A stretch of 64,000 nucleotides of DNA from Paragordius varius (GCA_964247055.1 OZ176052.1:496001-560000); one strand, 5' to 3'; positions 1-12,597 are shown, counted from the stretch's first letter. Numbers and translations: made by a program. Notes: generated by a model from the sequence alone, not told the origin.

Positions 1-690
1 GATAAATTCTCATAATAACTCTGCTAATATTTAATAATTGCATATAAAAATGTGCCAAACATATCGATTCCGTGAACCCGCAAAATTCTCGAAAATTTCT
101 TAAAAATAATAATTTCTTAAATATTAATCTTGTATAATTTCGAATCTTCGTTAAATAAACGCTAAAGGTTACTTCACTATTTATTAACTAAGGTAAAGAA
201 TTTATATTATAAATTTATTTCAAATGTAATGTTGATAATCAATAATAATATGTTATTTGTATAAACACTCCCCATTATATTTGCAAATGGACTCCTAACA
301 AATGAGTAGTGTGGTAAAATAATAAACAGTATTTTAAGAGCGAATGGTTTCATCAACTTAATAATTATTAAGGGGCTTAATATGTAGAAAAATCTGCGAC
401 ATTAAACAAGATACGTATTAAAGAGTTTGAGAAACTTCAATAAATGCATATTGTATTAATTGTTTATCTTTTGGTGCCTTATTTTATAGAGTTTGGCTGA
501 AAATCATCAAAATAATTTTCGCAAAATTCGAATGGGTGGCAAAAAAATGTTACATTCATAACCAAAAGACTTGACTTGTGTATTTTTTTTCACTGATCTT
601 CAAGTATACACTTGCTGGCTTAAATAAACATGCTCAACTTGGCACACTTGATTTACAAGTCAAGTGCGACTATTTTATCACCCACCCATA
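1..690. mobile_element. Partial copy (right part) of a ~1-kb TA-flanked MITE, family shared with 25841-26870
   Basis: 1-690 is the reverse-complement homologue of ~25840-26540 and ends in caagtcaagtgcgactattttatcacccaccca-ta, matching the terminal inverted repeat of the full copy. Confidence 0.75.
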
Positions 691-1244
691 ATATTTTATG
701 AAAAATTTAGCTATATTTTATGAATGTAGATTTAGCTTTAACCAAAAAAATTTTAATACATTCGCAAATTTTTCTATTTTCTGATATCGAACTCTTAGCA
801 CAAAAGTGTAACTTCACGTGTAAGCCTTAAACCAAAAGCATCATTCCTGCATTTTACTATCGTAATATAAATATTTCATCATTTTATCCTTATAATACTA
901 AACAATGTTTGATAATTATAATAAAATAGTTAAAACCAGTATTATAGTTAAAAGATTGAGCTCTGAGATATGTAACTTTCCCAATATGTCATCGCGGACA
1001 AAAAAGTTAAACAGGTCATGAAGTGCTAATTCAAGCAAAAATTCATAAGGCTTGAATGCACGGGCAAAATTAGACATAAATATAAATCTATATTTTCAAA
1101 ATAAAATATTATGTTATACTTTAAATGCTGTTCGCAATCATCATGGTTTTATTTTAATTTATTTTACATATACATATTTTTTAAATACTACATATTTTCG
1201 ACATGCTTCCACCATTTTTTATTATCGCGCATTTCTCTTAGTGT

Positions 1245-1803
1245 TTAACACTTGGATACAACACATTCATTTTAGTCTTTCGATTTCGGGGTAGTAATAC
1301 CCCAGGACTGTTTAAAATTATCTTTAAAAATTATGGAAGGAATCGAAACCTCGGCGTTTTGCACTTACAATAAATCGAAATATATAAAAAAATTATACAA
1401 AAATACTTGATATTACATATTTTAAGGTAAAAACTAAATAAAAAATTTAGTCAGCGTGACATGTCTGCAATGGTAAAATTGAAAAATAATATAAAATAAA
1501 CCGCTTTTTTAAATTCTAATGTTAGTTGTAATTTAAATAATAAATTAGCTTTAATTTACCCTTAAAATTAAATGGACGATATTTTGCAAATATTTTGTAA
1601 AATAAAAATGGCGTCAAAGTTGACATGGAACTTTTTTCTCCAAAACAATATTTTATTTGGATATTTTGGCATATTTATATAATTTTTATTAGGATATGAG
1701 CATAAATTTAAATTGGAACCGTTTCGTACAGTAGTTTTTCAAAAATCCTAACTCAAATTTGATCTGGGGTATTTAGATACCCCAATTTGAATCGAAGTGT
1801 TAA
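1245..1803. mobile_element. piggyBac-like non-autonomous MITE (family P1), TTAA-flanked
   Basis: Ends are TTAA-CACTT...AAGTG-TTAA. An internal inverted repeat CGATTCAAATTGGGGTA sits behind a spacer at the left end only. The homologous locus at ~30260-30290 has a single TTAA (empty site). Confidence 0.8.
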
Positions 1804-2084
1804 ATCAATTATTATTATCCCTATTTTTTAAATAAATGTTTTATATTCACTAGATTTATTTTAAACTTTTAATGGTTAAATAGGTTCATGAGGGCCTTCA
1901 TTGTATTATTTCTATCTATTGATTTTTAAACGCCATAGAACATTAAAATTTAGTAATAATTTGCCTAATGACATTTGTTTTCCATTTTTAATAATACTAC
2001 TTAATTAATATTCACTCAAGTATGTTTTCAATCACATTATCTCATATAAATTAGATATGGAAATGTCAGAAAAGAATAAAAGTA

Positions 2085-4215
2085 AATAATGAAAAAAGAA
2101 CGAATTTAAATGCTGTGTTTGTTTAATACTAGAGTAATGACTTATTCATATTTGTTAATGTTTTTTTGATGTGGGGGATTAGATCCAATGATCCAAATGA
2201 GCTCCATAGTTCAGAGCTATAAAAAATGGTACTGCTTACCATTTGCTCGATGATCGTGGATGGTTCTTGTGCTCGGCATAAATTATTAATGATTAAGTCA
2301 TTTTTTGGATGCCAAACACCAAGAGTTCCAACCACCAGATTTCTATACTCTTGTATCGCGTTTCCATTATTGGCATGTATTTGTCAAATTTATTTTGAAA
2401 GGCATCGTTCAAGGATTGGGATTTGTTTTCGAATTGGCAGATCACATCGTTTATATAGCAGTTATTTTTATTGGTTACTATCAGGTCGGGTTTCAAGCGC
2501 AATTGGGTTGGGGAAGGAATTTTCATGTAATATTCTTGTGTCCTCGTTAATATGAGTTTTCAGAATTTGCAGACATGCATTGTGGAGTTTAATCCAGTGC
2601 GGAGAGTATCGAAGGCAATGATTCAACACATGGGGGAGTGTTTATATGCCTTCCCACATCTCCTGCACAATGGATTTTTAGTCGACCCTGGACGGCTGTT
2701 CACAGGCAGCAGATTAAGGGGTGCCTTGTTAATAAACCGTCAGGTTTTGAAGGATGTATACGTTCCGGTCAGGGTAAAGTGAGATGAGACAGGATGATGT
2801 TGGATGGCCTCAATCACTTTACCCTGATTAGGACAGTCAGTTAATGATTGTAAGCTGTGTTTAGCATATCTTTTGGATAGGGATAGTATAATAATTTTTC
2901 AGGCATTCGGGTCGATGTTTACCGAGTGCCCTTTTATGAAGGGTATGGAATTTTGAAATTCCCATGCCAGGTCAAGTCTTTTAGAGGCTTGCCTGGCTTT
3001 TGTATATATGGATAAGCATCCTGTCGTTTTGATTTGTATTTCATTATTTAAGTATTGGTTTAATTGAATATCGTTAGTGGTGGTTGACTTTGTATGTCCA
3101 GATACGGTATGTTTTAAATCATTAATCGCTTGAGCTGCTAAATATTGATCATGAGACGTTAATAGTTTGTAAGTTGAATCAATTATAAAGTTGTCATGCA
3201 GGTTTGCTAGCTGTGGCAGACCAAGTCCGCCTGCTTTGGTGGGGGCATAGAAATAGTTAGTATTGGCTGTTGGGGGTAATGCTGTTCTTTTTTTATCTGG
3301 GAACGAATTTTATTATCTGATTTGGTTAGCTCGGTTTTTTTTATTGCTTCCATTCTGAGGGAGTGGATAATGGTGGGAAATATGAATGTTTTAAGGAAGT
3401 CTAATTTTTGCCACGGTGCCAGATTCGATTGTGTTATATTGTTTACCAGGTTATCCAGTTCTTGGATTTTAAGGGGGTGCTAAGGGCGACATTGGTTTGT
3501 CAAGGTATGAAATGGATTTTCCTTCAGAGATTTGCTCGATGATTTGATTATGTATGGTTATTGTAGGATTTGGCGAGTTAATACTAAGAAGAGCAGATTT
3601 GTTGGCATTTATTGTTATGTTATGTGATTGAAGCCAATGCTCTGCGGTGAGGATGGTTTTTTGGAGAGCATCGGCTTGGTGCGCGATAATTACCAAATCA
3701 TCGGCATACGCAAGGGATGTGGAGGATGTGATTAACAACTCTAAGAGAGGGTTGATGGCCAGGTTGAATAACGTTCCGGAGACAAGACAGCCCTGTTTAA
3801 TGCCCTTGTGAAATGGAATAGGATCTGTGAGTCCGGCTTGCGTATATATTTGGGTTTTAAAGTTGGTTATATTTTGAATAATAATATTTTTAATGTTGTG
3901 TTTATTGGAATTTGACAAATTGTATTAATAAGTATGTTATGGGGAATTGAGTCAAAGGCCTTGTTGATATCGAGAAATGCTATAAATAGTCTATGCTTAT
4001 CTTGTTTCACACTCTTAATTTTTTGTTCAATCACATAGTTGTGCTCTAATACCCCATCAAAGGGCATAAAGCCTTTTTGAATAGAGTAAATTAAGGTTTT
4101 GTCTATTATGGTTTTGAGTAAGGTTTGGTTCACATATTTAAAGAAAATTCTATAGTTTATTAAATATAGTTATGGGTCTAAAAATGTTTATGTCGTTTAT
4201 GTTACCCTTTTTGTG
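2085..4215 (-). mobile_element. Utopia-like (R2/NeSL clade, RLE) non-LTR retrotransposon, 5'-truncated and decayed, subfamily A
   Basis: Minus-strand fragments: HKKGNINDINIFRPI, QKGFMPFDGVLEH, FLDINKAFDSIPH, KGIKQGCLVSGTLFNLAINPLL, LAYADDLV, CCHC region, KPDLIVTNKNNCYINDV (PD..D endonuclease). The 3' UTR matches that of 4218-5691. Confidence 0.9.
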
Positions 4216-4217
4216 CC

Positions 4218-5691
4218 TCGAGCAAATCTCTGAAGAAAAATCCATCTCATACCTTGGCAAACCAATTTCGCTCTTAGCACCCCCCAAAAATACCCAAGAA
4301 CTGGATAACCTGGTTGACAATATAATACAATCCAATCTGGCACCGTGGCAGAAATTAGACTGCCTTAAAACATTCATTTTTCCTACCATTATCCACTCCC
4401 TCAGAGTGGGAGCATTGAAAAAAACCGATCTAACTAAATCTGATAATAAGATTCGATCTCTGATCAAAAAAATTACAGCCTTACCCGCCAGTGCCAATAC
4501 CAATTATTTCTACGCACCCACAAAAGCTGGCGATCTCGGTTTATCTCAGCTTGGCATTCTACATGATGCATATTTAATTGACTCAACTTACAAACTCCTC
4601 ACTTCTCCCGATGAAAAATTAGCAGACCAAACCAAAATCCATCTTAAACATACAATAGCTAAACATACAAACTCAACCTCCACTAACGATACTGAGTTAA
4701 ACCAATACTTCAATAATGAAATACAGATCAAAACTACTGGATGCTCATCCTTATACACCAAAGCCAGGCAAGCCTCTAAAAGGCTTGACCTGGCATGGGA
4801 ATTTCAAAATTCCATACCCTTCATAAAAGGGCACTCGGTAAACATCGACCCGAATGCCTGAAAAATTATTATACTATCCCTATCCAAAAGATATGTTAAA
4901 CACAGCTTACAATCATTAACTGACTGTCCTAATCAAAGTAAAGTGATTGAGGCCATCCAACATCATCCTGCCTCATCTCACTTTACCCTGACCGGAACAT
5001 ATACATCGTTCAAAACCTGGCGGTTTATTCACAAGGCTCGCCTTAATCTGCTGCCTGTGAATAGCCGTCCAGGGTCAGCTAAAAATCCATTGTGCAGGAG
5101 ATGTGGGAAGGCATATAAATACTCCCCCATGTGTTGAATCATTGCCTTCGATACTCTCCGCACTGGATTAAACGCGACAATGCATGTCTGCAAATTTTGA
5201 AAACTCATATTAACGAGGGTACAAGATTATTACATGAAAATTCCTTCCCCAACCCAATTGCCCTTGAAACCCGACCTGATAGTAACCAATAAAAATGACT
5301 ATATAATCGATGTGATCTGCCAATTCGAAAACAAATCCCAATCCTTGAACGATGCCTCAAAATAAAATTGACAAATACAATCAGTTGATACCATTAATGC
5401 AAACACAATACAAAAGTATAGAACGCTGGTAGTCGGAGCTCTTGGTGCTAGGCATCCAAAAAATGACTTGATCATTAATAAATCATGCCGAGCACGAGAA
5501 GCATTCACGATCTTTGTAAGCAGTATCAACTTTTTTATCTTATCCAATGATTATATTTGATCTAATCCTCACCATACATCAAAAAATCTTAACAAATATG
5601 AATAAGTTATTACTATAGTATTAAACAAACACATCATTTATATTCGTTCTTTATTTCCTTCTTAAAATCTAAACATATTTAATAAAATCAT
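4218..5691 (+). mobile_element. Utopia-like non-LTR retrotransposon, 5'-truncated, subfamily A, followed directly by the U2 3' part
   Basis: ORFs 4172-4861 (SYLG, LAPWQKLDCLK, GDLGL) and 4943-5137 (WRFIHKARLNLLPVN, CRRCG). It is an inverted homologue of 2085-3545. The 3' end abuts TCTGTTCTT of U2 at 5692. Confidence 0.92.
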
Positions 5692-5836
5692 TCTGTTCTT
5701 ATTGGCCTAATACCTGATACGACCGCTAAAGAGGTCAATGATATTATTTTTTGGAGATTTTGGGAAGGTGCTCTGAGATTGCCTATCCCTTTCCATCGGG
5801 TCAACCTGGTATTGCGGTGCCTCCAAATGTCGCCCA
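5692..5836 (+). pseudogene. U2: U2 snRNA 3' portion (from nt ~40), 5' end missing
   Basis: tctgttcttattggcctaatacctgatacgacc...ttttggag...gggtcaacctggtattgcggtgcctcca aligns to the intact U2 at 30792-30941. Confidence 0.92.
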
Positions 5837-7254
5837 AACACAATCATTTTAATTTTTTTTAAACAAATAGATAAAATCAGTCTTAAGAATGTGTATCTAT
5901 ATCAAGCCACTTCTATATATACCGGAGATCACTAAAACTCCAAAAATAAAAAAAAACATTAGGGACCGAAAAATTTTAAGTGATATTTTAACAAATTGAC
6001 AAACATACTTGGGTCAACAATTAAAGTGTGATAAAATGGTTTGCCAACACAAAAAATATTACTATTATTTAGTGAGAATTACGAATTCACTAAAAAGTAA
6101 AATAATTTTTATAGCGTTAAAAATAATAAGGTGTCAAGAAAATAAATATTAAAATTCAAATATAAAATTTATAATTCTTAATGGTACTCAAGGCGTACCA
6201 AGAAAAGGGGGTAGCAGACCCACGTCGCCCTCTGTCCACAAAAGACGTCCCTTGTTGCCCTTCCATACACGAGTCAATGGTAGTTCAATGACAGCCGTCT
6301 AGTTACGTCGAGGTTCGGGTTGACTTCTAGGGATATAATGATAAGTTTTATATATAAGACAAGTATAAAATAAAATCAAGAAATATTTGATATTTTACAC
6401 GTAAAATAAATCTTATCAACTATATCCTATATGTTTATACTAATAGGATTTTATAGCAAAACATTCTTAAAAATATAACGTATGTATATTCTAACTTAAT
6501 TTAACCGAGTGCCTATTTATCATATTGTTACAGTATTTATCTTGATTAATACGATTTTGTAGATCATTATTTAACTTTAATTAGTGTGTGTTTTGCTAGT
6601 AATATGTAATTCCGTTTTTAGTGTTTAGGTTTTTTTAGATCATAAATTCCAATTGGCATTCATAAAATCTGGATATTTAAATCAAATTTTCTTCCTTTAT
6701 ATTATTAATTTGAACATTTAAAGACAGATAAAATTGAAGTTTCATCAATCAATATCATAATTTAAATAACTTCTTTTCCTTGTAATACCTTGTTAACATG
6801 CCTTCGTAATCATTATCTTTTATCTTTAAATACAAGTTGTAATTTCCCTTTATAATATGATTGCTACATTTAAAATTCCGCATAACTTTGAAGTGTTATC
6901 TTTGGCATACGCCTATATAAAATTAATGTCAAGCATCCAGCATATTTTTATTATTATTTTTTTTGCAAAATATCGTGTTTATAAATAAGGCTAAAATTAA
7001 ATTTATTTTTTTAGTAAATCATATTTTACATTAAACAGAAAAAGTGGTATATTTTGCATTATTTTTATATTTAGCTTATGCAGACATGTCATGTTGGCTA
7101 AATTTTTACCTTTGGGTTTTACCTCTGAATAAGTAATATTAAGTATTTTTGAATAAATATCTTATTATATTTCTTGTCATTAATGCTATATAAGTGCAAG
7201 ATTTTACTAGGTTATCAATTTATTCTATATTTTTTGAAATACTTAATAAACAAG

Positions 7255-7322
7255 CCAGTGTAACTAAATACCCCAATTTGAATCGAAGGACTGAAATGAA
7301 AGCGTTGTAATCAAGTGTTAAT
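7255..7322 (-). repeat. Solo left end of piggyBac-like MITE family P1
   Basis: ataccccaatttgaatcgaaggactgaaatgaaagcgttgtaatcaagtgttaa is the reverse complement of the P1 left terminus. Confidence 0.7.
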
Positions 7323-7694
7323 CCACCCGTTTATTAAGACTAATGATCATTACAATATATTTGTAATTTGTTTTTTTGTCCACTGAGTACTTATAATACT
7401 TTTAAGCAATTTTAATTAGTAATTCTAATCGACATATTTTATGATCAGTTAATTACGCCTTTTTTATTTTTTGGATTCGATCTCGTTTACAGCAAAAATT
7501 TATCCATTCAACATATGATGTGCACATTTGTTTTGGCCTAATTCTATTGTTGGCTAATTGGTAACACAGTAGCTCGTGTTAAACAAATTTTGTTCATATT
7601 AAAAATGTTATAAAAATACAAAAAAATGTATAATTTCGAACATTTTGAAGTTATATTGTTTAAAAGTTTCCAAATTGTTTTCAATAATTGTGTT

Positions 7695-7843
7695 TGCGCC
7701 ACTCCTGGAGGTACTGCAATACCAGGTTGACCCGATGGAAAAAGATAGGCAAGCCCAGAGCGCTTCACCAAAATCTCCAAAAATAATCGTATATCATGGA
7801 CCTCTTTAGAGATCGTATCAGATAATAAACTTATAAGAACAGA
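7695..7843 (-). pseudogene. U2: U2 snRNA 3' portion (from nt ~40), 5' end missing
   Basis: The reverse complement begins tctgttcttat and keeps the Sm site (atttttgg), stem III and stem IV (cctggtattgcagtacctccagg). Confidence 0.93.
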
Positions 7844-10102
7844 TTTTATTTATTATATATATGTGTGATTAATTATAACATATTTTTCAATAGATTGATC
7901 AACGCTGGCTATAAAATGAAGTCTTGCAAATTTATATATTAAATTTTTAATAAATTTTGAAATATATTTTACGTTATAAAAATGGGGAAGAAACCCCGGA
8001 CGGGATTGGAAAAAAACTATCCCAAAGCAATCTTTGGTTGATCCTGTTGGTTTGATTCTCGCACAATTCCGTTTCCATTCGACGTCTGTTGATTGTATTA
8101 TTGAGGAATTGACCAAAGTAACAGTGCTGAGTCCTGTTGTCATTTGTGATGTTGATTGATAATGATCACCATTGGTTGGGTTCTAGGTATATGTTTGGGC
8201 ACTAGCTAAGAATTGGTCGGAATCTCTGTCGGGAAGTTCCTCCATTTTTAAACCCGTACCAGAGCCGTGATGAGTGTCGTATTGTAAAACTTATCATCAG
8301 GCTTCCAAGCCAAAAAAAATAGAGAAACTGGGTGTAATATGCTTCGACCATTCGTCGTTTTTCGGATACCATGATCCTAAACTTCCGACGACTAGTGTAA
8401 ATATTTTGACTTTGTTTGAGTTATCAGATAATAAGGACATTAAAGGGGTATATTTTTCCACCTAATTGTTCCAGAAGGCCTCCAACCGATCATCTAAAGG
8501 ACAGTCACATCGATGATATAGATTATCCCTCGGTATTTAGCCACTAGATCTAGTTTAAGGGGGAGGGAAGCTGGGTAGGAGTTCTCAAATATATTTTCAA
8601 CGCCACAAGAATGTGTTTTAATTATATTGACGATGAAATCATGCCGAGCTTTCCATGAACGCGAATATCTTAAACAATGAATAAAAAGGGGTAAAGTTTC
8701 CAGGTGACGCCTGCATCGTCGACATGAGGGTTGTGAGAAGAACCTGGATGCGCGTTCGTAGGAAGTAGATTAAATCGGGGCTCGATAATGAGTCTTCAAT
8801 CCCGAAAAAAAGTACCTCACCCGAAGGTTATAAATGAGGAGCTGGCTTTGTGGAAGAAAACTACCTCGATAGCACGGCTTTGGGATGGACACGCGATAAG
8901 GCTGTTTAAAAACGAACAAGTATATTTAGAATAAATTGGATGAACAAGTACGCGACACGACAAGTCAATATTAAGCTTTCTTTTATAAAGAGCTGGGAAT
9001 TAAATTATTAAGATTGGATGCCAAGCGAGATTGGCTGAAGATGTTGAAGGTTAAGATTGTTTAAACCTGATAAAAATTCAAAGGTCTTGGATTCAAAAGG
9101 GGTTTCAAATTTTTTCCTTTAAGAAATGGTGGCTAGAAGAGTAGAATAGGCGTGTTCAGAATGAACGGATCAGAGCTAGTTAGGAGCCTGAGTCAGTCTT
9201 TATATATCGGGAAGAAAAAATGTTTTAGAGACGTCTAGACCTGCTTCAAAGACTGGGATGTAATAGTGGATGTTCATTGAGAAAGCGATGTGATTTTCTT
9301 TGGAGTATGAAGACACCGAACCCATACGAAATTTATGGATCAGTGTACAAACGTTTTTAAAGCATCCAGCATCTGCCTTCAGGTTGGATGAACTATCATA
9401 AGTTGTCGGGAGGAACCACAATCCTATCTGGCTTATCATGAGTCTGGCCTTCCTGCAGAGTGGGAACCACGTGTCCATCTATCTCTATATGTGAAGTGGC
9501 TAAACTCCCTATGTAAGATATATGTTTAATAATTTTTATTTAAACGGTAGAGCAAACTGGCCCTAGAAAGGAATTGGCCACGAATGCACCATTAATCATT
9601 ATTATTGGATATGATTAAAAGTCATCTGCATAAGCGAGACTAGTGGTGTAATGAGTGTTGTTCAGGGAGGATATCAGAAGATTGATGACTGAATTAAAAA
9701 GATGGGGGAAAGAGGACATCCTTGGTAAGTTCCTCTTTTAAGAAAAATGAAGAAGGGTTGGCTCGTTTAAATTGCGAGTGTAGGAATTAAAGAAAAGATT
9801 AAACAGAATTGAAAACAAATTATCAGACATAACTATACCGCGAAGGTATATTATAAAATGGCGGAGGGAATCAAAAGAAGCAGCATCGAGCCCCAGAAGG
9901 AAGCAAGGGTGTCGATGATGCCGAAGACAATTTGTGAATGAGAAATGTTCGAGAATTCCATTATAAAGTATGAATCCTTTCTGATGGGGAAAACAATAAT
10001 TTTGGAAAGATAAATGGAGAGAGACTTTAAATAATGATAGAGATATTCTGTAGCTGGTGTCTAAAAGCAAAATGGGCCTAGGCGGAATTAGCAGCGTCGC
10101 CC
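7844..10102 (-). mobile_element. Utopia-like non-LTR retrotransposon, 5'-truncated, heavily decayed, subfamily B
   Basis: The minus strand starts at a GDAANSA..PILLLDTSYRI RT motif, then QKGFILYNGILEH and FDSL. The downstream part is homologous to 10100-11234. The 3' end abuts U2 TCTGTTCTT at 7843. Confidence 0.85.
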
Positions 10103-11234
10103 AACTTGTTTCGTAAAATTTATTCTAAATTTACTAATTCGTTTTTAAAAAACCTTATCGCGTGTCCTTCGCAAGGCCGTGCCATCGAAGCAACCTCCCT
10201 ACACAAAGCTAGCTCCTCATTTATTACAGCCGGATCAGGCATTTCTTTTCGAGATTGGAGATTTATCCATCGGGCCCGCCTTAACTTACTTCCAACAAAC
10301 ACGCGACCCGGCTCTTCGCATAACCCCCCTGTCGGCGATGCGGGCGCCATCCTGAAACACTACCCCATATTTTTAACCATTGTTTTAGATATTCGCGCGT
10401 TCATAGAGAGCTCGGCATTCGTCACTATATTAAAAACACATTTTTCTTGTGGCGTTGAAATCATATCCGAGAACTCCTACCTAGCCTCCCTCCCCTATAA
10501 ACCTGATTTAGTGATTAAATTCCGCGGCATTATATACATCATCGACGTGACCTGTCCTTTCGATGATCGGTTGGCGGCCTTGGCTGGAAAAATAAGGTGA
10601 AAAAATTTACCTCTTTAATTCCCTTATTGTCTAATAACTCAAACGAAGTCAAGATACTCCCACTGGTGGTGGGAAGTTTAGGATCATGGTACCCAAAAAA
10701 CGACGAAGGTTAAAGAATATTACATCTAGTTCCTCTATTTCTCGGCTCAGAAGCCTGATGATAAGTTCTACAATACGACACTCATCACGGCTCTGGTACG
10801 AATTTAAAAATGGAGGAACTCCCGACAGAGATATAACCTCTAACCCGGCCCATGTACTTAGAACACAACCAATAGTGATCTTTTTCAATTAACATCACAA
10901 ATGATACCAGGACTTAGCCCTATTACTTTGGTCAATCTTTCAACAATACAACAATTGAATGAAAACTAAATTGTGCGAGATCAAATCAACCAACAGGATC
11001 AAACAAAGATTACTTTGGGAGAGTTTTTTTAACCACTTCCAGGGTTTTTTTCTCCTATTTTTTTCCTCTATTGGAAATTATTTTTTTACACGTAAAATAT
11101 TTTTATGACAAAATTTATTATAAATTTAAAATATTGATTCGTAAGTCTTCATTTCATAGCCAACAATGATTAATATATTAAAAAATACATTATAACTTAT
11201 ATTATACATATATTATATGTAAAATAAGTAAAAA
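10100..11234 (+). mobile_element. Utopia-like non-LTR retrotransposon, 5'-truncated, subfamily B
   Basis: ORF 10106-10600 has FRDWRFIHRARLNLLPTN and YKPDLVIKFRGIIYIIDVTCPFD. The 3' UTR is followed by the U2 3' part at 11235. Confidence 0.9.
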
Positions 11235-11381
11235 TCTATTCCTATCAGTTTAATATGTAATACGACCTCTATAGAGGTCCATGATACTAAATTAATTTTT
11301 GGCAAATTTCGGGAGGCGCTTTGAGCTTGCCTATTTCTCCCCATCAGGTCAACCTGGTATTGCAGTATCTCCAGGAGCTCA
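11235..11381 (+). pseudogene. U2: U2 snRNA 3' portion (from nt ~40)
   Basis: tctattcctatcagtttaatatgtaatacgacctctatagaggtcc...cctggtattgcagtatctccagg aligns to the intact U2. Confidence 0.92.
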
Positions 11382-11599
11382 AACACAATCATTTAAACCA
11401 TTTTAAAAACCTTTTTGAAACAAATAATTTTTAACAAACTTTATAAAAAAATGATGATAGAAAAATGAAAAGTTTATAAGGATGATAATGTTGTGTATGT
11501 TATGATTTAAACAAATCAGTTATAATGTCTATCAATATCAGGCCACTTTTCTATTTATACCAGGAACCAAAACTCCAAAAACAAAAAAAAACATATCTT

Positions 11600-11930
11600 A
11601 TTCCGCAATTACAATCCCAATTTAAAACAGTCCGGATTCTTCCACTAATCGTAGGAGCATTAGGTGCATGGCAACCAAAAAATATTATTCTTAATAAACT
11701 CTGCTCACCGCTAGATGCTCAAATAATTCGCAAGCAAATAGTAAGCAGTACCATTTTCTACAGCTCAAAAATATGGAGATTCTCAAAAAATTATGTAGGA
11801 AATATATAACCACCTTATTTTAAATAATCTATAAAATAATCAATTTATTCTCAGTACTATAACAAGTATAGCATTTATTATTTCTTCAACATTTGATATA
11901 ATCCTTGTAGTATAAAGTAATAATACACAC
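11600..11930 (+). mobile_element. Short 3' fragment of a Utopia-like element (endonuclease C-terminus plus A-like 3' UTR)
   Basis: VRILPLIVGALGAWQPKNIILNKLC..IRKQIVSSTIFYSSKIW parallels the C-terminus of copy 2085-4215 (MVGTLGVWHPKNDLIINNLC...VSSTIFYSSELW). Confidence 0.8.

Positions 11931-11936
<6 letters not shown>

Positions 11937-11990
<54 letters not shown>
11937..11990. repeat. (AT)n microsatellite
   Basis: Perfect run of AT dinucleotides. Confidence 0.95.
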
Positions 11991-11993
<3 letters not shown>

Positions 11994-12019
11994 ACAATAT
12001 ATAATTTTTTTGTCCTTAT

Positions 12020-12478
12020 TTACATTTTGGGGCAGTTTTATATCCCAGAGCTCAATTTTGTAAATAAATTACAGCTTTGGTTATTTTAGTTAAAATTGAA
12101 TTATCAATTTCTTTGTAGTTTACAGTTTTGTGACTTCTAGAGTCTAGAATTGTGACGCCTCCAAAACACTATATAAACGAACAAGTGATATAAAATACAG
12201 CAAGTATTTGCTGGTAAAATGTAGCCTGAAAGCTTTTTAAAGTTAAATATAATTATTGTTGCATTGGCGATTTAAATAAAATTATTGAAAAAATTAGCGG
12301 CATAATTGAGACGAATTTTTTTACTATTTTACATTGTATAAAATTTTTGAATGCGCCTAAAAGACTAAAGAAAGCATTTTAAATTTAGCTTAATACCTTA
12401 AATACTTTTAAGATATATATATATATATACAAATGGCTCTGGTATAGAAAATACCCCAAAAGGTAATGGTGTTTTAAA
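12020..12478. mobile_element. MITE family P2 with ttgggg(c/t)a(g/t)ttt terminal inverted motifs, probably TTAA-type
   Basis: Colinear homologue at ~42545-43075 (tacagttttgtgacttctag..., aatgcgcctaaaag.ctaaagaaagc). Inverted ttggggcagttt / aaataccccaa motifs lie near the ends. Confidence 0.65.
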
Positions 12479-12482
12479 TAAA

Positions 12483-12597
12483 TTTGTGTTTTTCAGCTTA
12501 ATATTAATACTACTTCTAAAGAGGTCCCTAATAACCTTATTTTTGGAGATTTTGGGGAGGATTTTCTAAACTTGCCTATCCATTCCCATCAGGTCAA
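12483..12597 (+). pseudogene. U2: Degenerate U2 snRNA 3' portion
   Basis: tttgtgtttttcagcttaatattaatactacttctaaagaggtcc...atttttggagatttggggagg...cttgcctatccattcccatcaggtcaa. Confidence 0.85.

Noticed and set aside
2226-2782. Plus-strand ORFs at 2226-2782, and similar antisense ORFs at 20581-21104, 21269-21753, 47844-48159 and 61785-62277
   Set aside because: They are shadows on the opposite strand of retrotransposon or MDH1 coding sequence.
2085-5691. Classical single-RNA twin priming as the explanation of the inverted pairs
   Set aside because: The two arms duplicate the same 3' region including the 3' UTR, which twin priming of one template does not produce.
6185-6340. GC-richer patch (also 12950-13020 and 14835-14945) that might be a structured RNA
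   Set aside because: No tRNA, snRNA or ribozyme motif was recognised; these are more likely eroded DNA-transposon termini.
10750-10790. CTGATGAT motifs in the Utopia subfamily B copies (possible ribozyme or snoRNA box)
   Set aside because: They lie in endonuclease C-terminal coding sequence, and no GAAA/stem or C/D box partner was found.
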